Assembly: GCF_963921235.1 (NCBI RefSeq) | Contig: NC_086097.1 | Span: forward strand, 207,082,001 to 207,146,000 | Source: Mobula hypostoma | Lineage: Eukaryota | DNA length: 64,000 nucleotides | Direction: 5' to 3' | In this document: piece after piece, positions 24,894-34,320 of the stretch | Position numbering within the stretch: the first letter of the stretch is position 1 | Layout: every line of letters starts with the position of its first letter | Translations under genes and position numbers: made by a program | Notes under the pieces: generated by a model | What the model was told of the DNA's origin: nothing | The model's input: the letters and a program-made list of their open reading frames with translations, nothing else | Database searches by the model: none

Positions 24894-27530
24894 TAAGACC
24901 ATAAGACCATAAGAATTGGAGCAGAATTAGGCCACTTATCCCATCAAGTCCACTCCGCTATTTCATCAAGGCTGATCCTGGAATCCATTCAACCCCATGC
25001 AGCTGCCTTCTCACCATATACTTGATGCCTTGACAAATCAGTTATCTATTACCTTCTGCTTTAAATATACCCATAGACTTGGCCTCCACCATAGTCTGTG
25101 GCAGAGCATTCCACAGATTCACCACTCCTTGGCTAGAAAAATTCCTCTTTACTTCTGTTCTAAAAAAGTCACCCCTCAGTTTTGAGGCTGTGCCCTTGAG
25201 TTCTGGATGCCCCCTCTAAAGGAAGCATCCTCTCCACATCCACCTTATCTAGTCCTTTCAACATTTGGTAGGTTTCAATGAGATCCCCACACATTCTTCT
25301 AAATTCCAGTGAATACGGGACCAAAGCTGCCAAGCACTCCTTATATGTTAACCCCTTCATTCCTGCAATCATCCTTGTGAACCTTCTCTGGACTGTCTCC
25401 AATGATAACATATCCGTTCTCTCATATGGGGCCTATAATTGTTGACGATACTCCAAGTGCGGCCTGACTAGTGTCTTATAAAGAAAGCCATAGCATTATC
25501 TCCTTGTTTTTATATTTTAGTCCCTTTGAAATAAATGCTAAAATTGCATTTGCTTTTTTTTTTTACCACAGACTCGACCTGTACATTAACCTTTTGGGAG
25601 TCTTGCATGAGAACTCCAAAGTCCCTCTGCACATCTGATGTTTGAACCTTCTCCCCATTTAGATAATAGTCCACACTATTTTACCAAAATGCATTATCAT
25701 GCATTTCCAACACTGTATTCCATCTGTCACTTTTATGCCCTTTCTTCCAATTTGTCTAAGTCCTGCTGCAATTGCATTGCTTCCTCAGCACTACCTACTC
25801 CACTACCTATCTTCATATCATCTGTAAACTTTCCACAAAGCCATCAATTCCATTATCTAAATCATTAACAAACAATGTGAAAAGTATTGGTCCCAATACT
25901 GAACCCTGAGGAACACCACTAGTCACTGGCAGCCAACCAGGAAAGGCTCCCTTTATTTCCACTCACTGCCTCCCGCCTGTCAGCCATTCTGCTATCCATG
26001 TCAGTATCTTTCCTGTAACACAATAGGAGTTAATCTTCCAAAGCAGCTTCATGTGTAGCACCTTATCAGACTCCTGGAAATCCATGTAAGTGACATCCAC
26101 TGCCTCTCCTTTGTCCATCCTGCTTGTTACTTCCTTGAAGAACTTTACCAGATTTGTCAGGCAAGATGTCCCTGCACAGAAACCATGCTGACTTTGAACT
26201 ATTTTATGATTAGTCTCCAAGTACCCTGAAACCTCATCCTTAATAATAGACTCCAACATTTTCCCAACCACTAAGGTTTGGCTAACTGGCCTATGATTTC
26301 CTTTCTTTTACCTTCCTCCCTTCTTAAAGAATGGGGTGACATTTGAAATCTTCCTGTCCTCTGGTACCATGCCAAAATCAAGTGAATCTTGAAAGATCAT
26401 GACCAATGCATCCATTATCTCTTCAGCGATCTCTCTCGGGACTCTGTGATGGAGTCCATCTGGTCCACATGACTTATCCGCCTTACGATCTTTGAGTTTG
26501 CCTAGTACTTTTTCCTTTGTTACAGCAATGGCACTCATTCCTGCTCCTCAACATTCACAGGGTCTGGCAAACTGCTAGTGTCTTCCACAGTTAAGACAGA
26601 TGCAAGGTACCCATTAGGTTCATCTGTCATTTTTTTGTCCCCCATTACTACCTCACCAGTGTCATTTTCCAATGGCCAAATATCAACTCTCACTTCCATT
26701 TTACTCTTTATATAACTGAAAAAATTATTTTGGTAACACACACGAAATGCTGGTGGAACACAGCAGGCCAGACAGCATCCATAGGAAGCGGCACAGTCGA
26801 CGTTTCGGGCCAAGACCCTTCATCAGGACCCAAAACGTCGACTGTGCCTCTTCCTATGGATGCTGTCTGGCCTGCTGCATTCCACTAGCATTTTGTTTGT
26901 GTTGCTTGAATTTTCAGCATCTGCAGATTTCCTCGTGTTTGCGTTTTTTAAATCTTTTGGTATCCTGCTTTATATTATTGGTTAGCTTGTCCTCATATTT
27001 CCTCTTTTCCCTTCTTATAACTTTTTTAGCAACACACACAAAATTCTGGAGTAACTCAATAGGCCAGGCACGAGTCTTGCTGAAGGGTCTTGGCCCGAAA
27101 TGTCGACTGTTCTTTTTTCCATAGATGCTGCCTGCGCTGTTGAGTTCCTCCAGCATTTTGTGTGTGTTGCTCGGATTTCCAGCATCTGCAGATTTTCTCT
27201 TGTTTATAGCTTTTTTTTGTTGCCTTTTGTTAAATCATTCAACTTTCCACTCAACGTAAATGTCCTTCCCTTGTCTTTTATGCAGTTCTTAACTTCCCTT
27301 GTCAGCCACAGTTGCCTAGCCCTGCATTTGAGAACTTCTTCTGTGGGACGTATCTATCCTGTGCCTTGTGAACTATTCCCAGAAACTTCAGCCACCCCTG
27401 CTCTGTTATCCCCACCTGTATCCTCCTCCAATCCACCTGGGCAATCTCCTCTCTCATGCCTCTGTAATTCCTTCTGTTTCATTGTGATAGGGATCTATGT
27501 GACTTGTGCTTCTCCCTCTCAAATTGCAGT
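24894..27530 (-). mobile_element. CR1 ORF2 fragment with two nested mini Penelope palindromes (26735-26942, 27030-27203)
   Basis: DKSCGPDGLH, SQHGFC..SCLTNL, YMDFQ, VQRRFTRMI; (tcttatgg)n tail. Confidence 0.88.
26794..26829 (-). ncRNA. Minimal type I hammerhead ribozyme (second intact-core copy)
   Basis: Minus strand GUC-CUGAUGA-agggucuuggccc-GAAAC-GUC-GACUG. Confidence 0.75.
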
Positions 27531-27553
27531 ATGAATGGTGATATTATTGTTTT

Positions 27554-28007
27554 AGAAACATAGAAACATAGAAAATAGGTGCAGGAGTAGGCCATTCGGC
27601 CCTTCGAGCCTGCACCGCCATTTATTATGATCATGGCTGATCATCCAACTCAGAACCCCGCCCCAGCCTTCCCTCCATACCCCCTGACCCCCGTAGCCAC
27701 AAGGGCCATATCTAACTCCCTCTAAAATATAGCCAATGAACTGGCCTCAACTGTTTCCTGTGGCAGAGAATTCCACAGATTCACCACTCTCTGTGTGAAG
27801 AAGTTTTTCCTAATCTTGGTCCTAAAAGGCTTCCCCTCTATCCTCAAACTGTGGCCCCTCGTTCTGGACTTCCCCAACATCGGGAACAATCTTCCTGCAT
27901 CTAGCCTGTCCAATCCCTTTAGGATCTTATACGTTTCAATCAGATCCCCCCTCAATCTTCTAAATTCCAATGAGTACAAGCCCAGTTCATCCAGTCTTTC
28001 TTCATAT
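27554..28007 (-). mobile_element. Young CR1 3' end
   Basis: YSLEFRRLRGDLIETYKILKGLDRLDAGRLFP; near-identical to 52785-53160. Confidence 0.92.
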
Positions 28008-28009
28008 TC

Positions 28010-31000
28010 CTTTTATTGATTGGAGTACTTGTGGCTGGATTTAAACATTGGGCTGTTGAGCGTGATCTTCAATCAAAATGGCAAAAGCAGACCAAGCAGA
28101 AAAGAAGTTTTGACAGTTTGTGTGGAGTATCTGAATGATGAATTTATACCACTACCAAGCAACCAACCTCAGCCAATGTGTCTGTTGTGTGAAAATGTTG
28201 TTCTTTAAAAAAAACAGATGAGAGAATAAAACCATCCAGTCTCTTTGAACACTTAAAGAGAACATACACTGATAAAACAAACAAGAACTTGGCTTATTTT
28301 CAGTCACTTCCTGAAAGCTTTCAGAAATGGCAAACACTTCAAAACATTTTTGCAGCATTTCACAACAAAACACTGATGGTTTGCAGGCTTCACGCAACTC
28401 TGCATTGCTCATTGCTAAATCTGCAAAGCCCCATACAATTGGAGAAAAAATGATTCCGTCAGCAGTAAGGGAGGTTCTGCGTATAGTGTTGCATACGTCA
28501 CCAGACCAAATAATGAAAGTGATTCCACTCAGTGACAGCTCTGTTCAAAGACCAAAAGATGAAATGTCCGAGAATATGGAAGACAGCATAAGACCATAAG
28601 ACATAGGAGAGGAATTAAGCCATCTGGCCCATCAAGTCTGCTCTGCCATTCAATCGTGGATGATCCATTTCAGGATGTATATTGTATACATTTCTCTGAC
28701 TTAAATGTACCTTTGAAACCTTTGAAACATCTCTGTTAACTTGAGCTCTTATCTTGGTAATCAGCCTCATGTGTGGAACCTTATCAAAGGCCTTCTGGAA
28801 GTCCAAATATACAAATTCCATTGCATTCCCTTTATCTATTCTCAAAGAATTTCAAGTTCCATCACGCAAGATTTTCCCTTCAGGAAACCATGCTTACTTT
28901 GCCCTATTTTGTCCTGTGTCTCCAAGTACTGCATAACTTCATCCTTAACAATTGACTCCAACGCCTTCCCAACCTCTGAGGTCAGGCTAACTAGTCTATA
29001 ATTTCCTTCCTGCTGCCTTCATCCTTTCTTAAAGAGTGGACTGACATTTAAAATGTTCCAATCTCTGGCACCATGCTTTTGATGGATTATTAATAATGCC
29101 TCCACAATATTTACCACTACCTCTTTCAGAACATTGTACAACATACTTACGTCAACAGAATTTCCACTGCAGTTGGAGGAATCAACTTTGCCAGGTAATG
29201 AATCTTTGCTTCTTAGTTATGCTCTCTTCATGAAAGATAAAAATATGGTTCAAGAATTGTTATTTGCAAGGGGGCTAGAAGCAGATATGAAGGGGAGTCA
29301 ATAATTTGGGTTGTTAAGCAGTTATTTTTTTAAAAAAGCAGGACATTCCACTCACCAACATTCTTGCTTGTGTACTAATTGGGACATATCAATGACAGGA
29401 CGCCGCCCTGGGGTTATTACTTTCTTGGAATAAGCTGTACCTACCATATTTACTATTCAGTGTGTCATTCACAAGTATCTTGTCGCAGAAAACCTAAATG
29501 ATAAGCTGCATAAATCATTGAATATTGTTATTACAGTGATTGTAAAAGCAAGTTCCATGTTCTCAATTCTTAACTATTTTGAGAGCTTTGAATTAAGAAT
29601 AATGAACAGTTTGAATATTTGATTTTGCACACAGAAGTCAGATAATTCTCAAGAGGAGACGCTTTTATGCGCTTTTTGAAACTGTGGTAAAATTCTTTGA
29701 AGATTCAAATGCTTCATTCAAAGTTCAAAGAAAATTTGATTATTGAACTACATATATGTCACCATATACAACCCTGAGGTTCATTTTCTTGTGGACATAC
29801 TCAATAAATCTATAGAATAATAACCATAACATCGTTTCTTGATCCAAATTCCAGATTGAGTAATAAATTCACTTTTAATGAAGAAGAACTGATCTCACTA
29901 CAAAATGACTTTGAGCTGAAGCTGAGGTTTAACAAAATCATATCAAGACTTCTGGTTGCAGAAAGAAATCTCAGAACGCTATCCGGCACTATAGAAAAAG
30001 TCAAAATATTCTTTATTGCCTTTCCAACATCATATTTAGTGCAGCGCAGGTTCAGTGCAGTCGCTAGACTTCTTTCAAAGCAATGAAACATATTGCAAGT
30101 TACTGAACTTGGTGATCTAAAGTGCTCCTGAGTGACATTCAGCCTGATGGTTTGAAGCAGTTATCACTGCACAAAGCCCATACATCTCGTTGAAAGTTGA
30201 AAAAGAAATGTACTGAATATTTGGAAAACTGAAGTGTGCTCCAAAATTGTTGATGAAAATTAAGACCATAGGACCATTAGACATAGGAGCAGAAGTAGGC
30301 CATTCGGACCATCGAGTCTGGTCCGCCATTCAATCATGGGCTGATCCAATTCTTCCAGTTATCCCCACTCCCCTGTCTTCTCCCCATACCCTTTGATGCC
30401 CTGGCTAATCAAGAACCTGTCTATCTCTGCCTTAAATGCAACCAATGACTTGGCCACAACAGCCGCTCATAGCAACAAATCCCACAGATTTACCACCTTC
30501 TGACTAAAGTAATTTCTCCGCATCTCTGTTCTAAATGGATGTCCTTCAATCCTGAAGTCATGTCCTTTTGTCCTAGACTCCCCTACCATGGGAAATAACT
30601 TTGCCATATCTAATCTGTTCAGTCCTTTTAACATTTGGATTGTTTCTACGAGATCCTCCATCGTTCTCCTGAACTCCAGGGAATTCAGCCCAACAGCTGC
30701 CAGACATTTCTCATACAGTTACTCTTTCATTCCTGGAATCATTCTTGTGAATCTTCTCTGAACCCTTTCCAATGTCAGTATATCCTTTCTAGAATAAGGA
30801 GCCCAAAACTAGAAACAATACTCCAAGTATGGTCTCACGAGTGCCTTATAGAGCCTCAGCATCACATCCCTGTTCTTATACTCTATACCTGTAGAAAGGA
30901 ATGCCAACATTGCATTCGCCTTCTTTGCCACCGACTCAACCTAGAGGTTAACCTTTAGGGTATCCTGCATAAGAACTCCCAAGTCCCTTTACATCTCTGC

Positions 31001-32104
31001 ATTTTGAATTCTCCCTCATCTAAATAAGAGTCTGCCCACATTTCTTCCAACAAAGTGCATGACCATACACTTTCCAACATTGTATTTCATTTGCCACTTC
31101 TTTGCCCATTCCCCTAAACTATCTAAGTCTCTCTGCAGGCTCTCTGCTTCTTCAACACTACCCGCTCCCCCACCTTTCTTTGCATCATTGGCAAATTTAG
31201 CCAAAAATCCGTTAATCCCATAGTCCAAAGCATTGACATATATTATAAAAAGCAGCGGTCCCAACACCAACCCCTGTGGAACTCCAATGGTAACCGGCAG
31301 CCAGCCAGAATAGGATCCCTTTATTCCCACTCTCTGTTACTAGCATGGCTGGAGCAACCAATGCTCCACCCATGCTAGTAACTCCCCTTTAATTACATTG
31401 GCTCTTATCTTGCTAAGCAACCTCATGTGCGGCACCTAGTCAAAGGGCTTCTGAAGATCCAAGTACACCACATCTACTGCATCTCTTTTGTTTACCCTGC
31501 TTGTAATTTCCTCAAAGAATTGCAGTAGGTTAGTCAGGCAGGATTTTCCTTTCAGGAAACCATGCTGGCTTTGGCCTATCTTGTCATGTACCTCCGGGTA
31601 TTCTGTAATCACATCCCTAACAATCGATTCCAACAACTTCCCAACCATTGATGTCAGGTCTATAGTTTCCTTTCTGCTGCCTCCCACCCTTCTTAAATAG
31701 CAGTGTAATGTTTGCAATTTTCCAGTCATACAGTACCAGAATCTATTGATTCTTGAAAGATCATTGTTAATGTCTCCGCAATCTCTCCAGCTACTTCCTT
31801 CAGAACCCATTCCATCAGGTCCAGGAGATTTATCCGCACTCAGACCATTAAGCTTCCTGAGTACCTCCTCAGTCGTAATTTTGTTGTTATTGTAATTAAC
31901 TAACAACATCTATTTGTAGCTTTAATTAAATTTTAATAATTTTTACAATTACTTATCACTGCTTTGAATTTTCTGTTCTTATTTTCTTTCATCGTGCATC
32001 GTAAATCAAAATTCCTTTGTTTTTATGTAATGACTGGAAAGGGAGAGGGGAATGCGATCTGGGAGCCAAAAAACCAGTAACCCAAAAAAGCATGGGAACC
32101 ACTG
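28010..32104 (+). mobile_element. hAT-Charlie/Buster transposon remnant split by CR1 insertions (28590-29135, 30262-31880)
   Basis: BED-like PMCLLC, IAKSAKPHTIGEK, IPLSDSSVQR, QLEEST, HTEVR, AFPTSYLVQRRFSAV; right TIR ...gggaaccactg followed by ctgtagag (Charlie-like target) interrupting ERV RT. Confidence 0.85.
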
Positions 32105-33024
32105 CTGTAGAGTCTGAATGAGTTCCGCAGAAAATATCTGTGGACTATTCCGAAAACTTTGTGGGACTCTGGTCCACTTATATTTTGAGTCACCAGGTGC
32201 TATAAAGGTGGACCTATATCCATCACTTACCAGAATGGACTGTGACCACAAGCCATTTGCCAAACCTATGCAAGAGTAATACTTATTAGGAAGCAATCGT
32301 TGCAGCTTTTTTTGTAATGATTGTTGCTGGGCTGAGTTAAGTTCTGGTGTTTATTCAGGACAATGCTGTTGAGGGCCAATCGCCATCACTCATCAGGCTT
32401 TGCTATGCTGAATTTGGACAAGTGAATTAGGAAGTTTTTTAATTAAAACACCTTGTTTATGGAGGAAGTTTACAGTTTCCTGTTGGGATTGCTTTTCTCT
32501 ATGGTGGGAATATGCCACTATTTCTGGTGTGGAAAAGGATGGCATCCTAATTTAGTTGATTCAATATCAACCATACCACAGTAGTTAGGATGTTGCTGTA
32601 GGTAGTCATAATATTTGTGCAAATTATATTTCAATTTTGTTCTGATTATGATATCGTGCTGATAGCCTGGCTGTCTCTGGATGTGAATGTCTTGCTCATC
32701 TAGTGCAGTTGTGTCAGCTGTTGGCTTGATTATAGTATGAATACAACAACAGGTAGCATCCAGTGTTCCAATTAAATGCACCAGTTTAGTACAATCTGAG
32801 GCAACCTAATGTATAGACTTTATGGATGCTTCTATCATTTGTTTAAACCCATACATCTGTACAGGAACTTTATAAGCTGAGCACCCTACCTCCTTTCCAA
32901 GTACGCCTACAATTTTAATTTTCCCTGTTTTATTATATGGCAAGTAATTTGCCATATTTCTGCTTTGTTATTAACTCATTCATAATATCGACCAGCACTT
33001 GGCTGGAACCAGGATGGCAGCCAT
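32105..33024 (-). pseudogene. pol: Foamy-like protease + N-terminal RT
   Basis: PHQK, LHKQGVLI, KPDE*WRLAL, KYYSCIGLANGLWSQ (PFV KYKTTLDLANGFWAH), YKWTRVPQSFRNSPQIFSAE (PFV YCWTRLPQGFLNSPALFTAD); upstream flap-like IKIVGVLGKE; active-site DSG/DTG not intact; YxDD region lost. Confidence 0.9.
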
Positions 33025-33064
33025 TTTATAGTTATAGGTGGAGTGCTACAGCATGTCGAGAGCT

Positions 33065-33612
33065 CTCTGAGTTTGACTGCTCTTAAGGAATAATACTTTT
33101 GATATAATGTGCCCTCATCGGGCACCACCTGTGATGGTTTTGGGTTTGATAACCATGCAAGGATCTTAAGCCCTAGCCAATACAAATAACAATGGGTACT
33201 CTCACTAAAGGGAGACTGTACTGAAGCTACCTATTCTTCACAGTCTAGTTCATTTCCCTGTTTATCCTCCATGTCATGTTTAGCTTCCAATACCCACTAT
33301 TTGAATAGTGGGTCCCCCTTGCTACCAAGGAGGAGATGTTTCCAGGTGACAAGGTAGTTTAAACACAGTTCAATTATTTATAGTGATACTCACTTGTTTA
33401 GATAAATTTATTAAAACACATTTAAAATTCACAAAGGATTTCTATCCTATAGAAGGTTCTCAAGTTAGAAACCATTTCTGAAACTCAAAGGATTTCCAAA
33501 ACACAGGTACAATTCCTATAAGCTAATACGTCATACCAATGAGCTGCAAAGGAATGAGTTGTTCATCACAGAAATTGAAGGCAAAGGAATAGATTCTAGT
33601 TCCTGTCTTTCT
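33065..33612 (-). repeat. 5' copy of ERV terminal duplicated block (putative 5' LTR portion)
   Basis: Homologous to 12428-12750 + 13886-14140; minus-strand AATAAA at 33407-33412; PBS-like motif at 33111-33127. Confidence 0.7.
33111..33127 (-). promoter_or_regulatory. Degenerate tRNA-Lys-type primer binding site candidate
   Basis: TGGTGCCCGATGAGGGC versus foamy PBS TGGCGCCCAACGTGGGGC (4 substitutions, two at CpG, plus 1 gap), shortly after ...atcaCA. Confidence 0.35.
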
Positions 33613-33680
33613 CAAAGTCCAACGTTCAAAGCTCAAAGTACACTGAACTCCATGGCAAGGAGACCACTTTTCTCAGACTC

Positions 33681-34320
33681 TGTAAGTCTAGGGTGTAAAC
33701 GACTTTGGTCCCACCAAACCCATGAAGTTGGGATGTCTCACCCACCCAAATCCCAGTTTGTGTGAATACTGTGTGATTTATGGCCCCTTGCAATAGGCCA
33801 TAGGCAAGAAATTGTACCTGCATATGATTATAAAAAAAAGTATAGTAATAAATGTTAACTTAACCAAGAAGTTATTAAAGAAAAAGCACAAAAAGAGCCC
33901 ATTATAATTAAACAGTCAAATTTGCACAGTTGGAGCTCAAATCTTCCAAATGCTGTTGTTTCTGATGTACTCACTGCACCAACTCCTAGTCACTACTCCC
34001 TGGTAGAAGTTTCCCTTTTGGCTTCATCAGATCACACGTTCCTGCCAGATTGAATCCTATGGCTGGTTCTCTTGAGCTCCTACTCTCTCCATTTCCCACC
34101 AAAAAAGACCTCAACCCACCTCAGTGTCTGTCACAAAAACTACACCTCCAGTGTCCTCTGGAACCTTCTCCCAGATCCACCCTCCTGATTGGTTGATACA
34201 CATATTCCTTAGCAGTTCTTATCTTTATTATCTTTAATGGTAACCCAAACACTGACAGTAGACACTATTACATGAAATACCCTACAACATTAGCAGTAAA
34301 ACCTTTGTCAAGGTGTTACA
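33681..34320. mobile_element. Probable solo LTR (640 bp)
   Basis: TGTAA...TTACA inverted termini, non-coding; TSD not matched. Confidence 0.55.

Larger units (their letters stand above)
12425..33680 (-). mobile_element. Fragmented foamy-virus-like endogenous retrovirus (envelope of all pieces)
   Basis: Colinear minus-strand pieces: 33680-32105, 24893-23865, 22957-21281, 21105-20245, 15690-14586, 14155-13886, 12752-12425; order PR-RT-RH-IN-env-accessory with spumavirus-type motifs. Confidence 0.9.

Noticed and set aside
33161..33360. Homology of the duplicated-block peptide to foamy Bet (GDRGDAALQY) or Mab-21/cGAS C-terminus
   Set aside because: Only a few residues match with inconsistent spacing; not supportable by eye.
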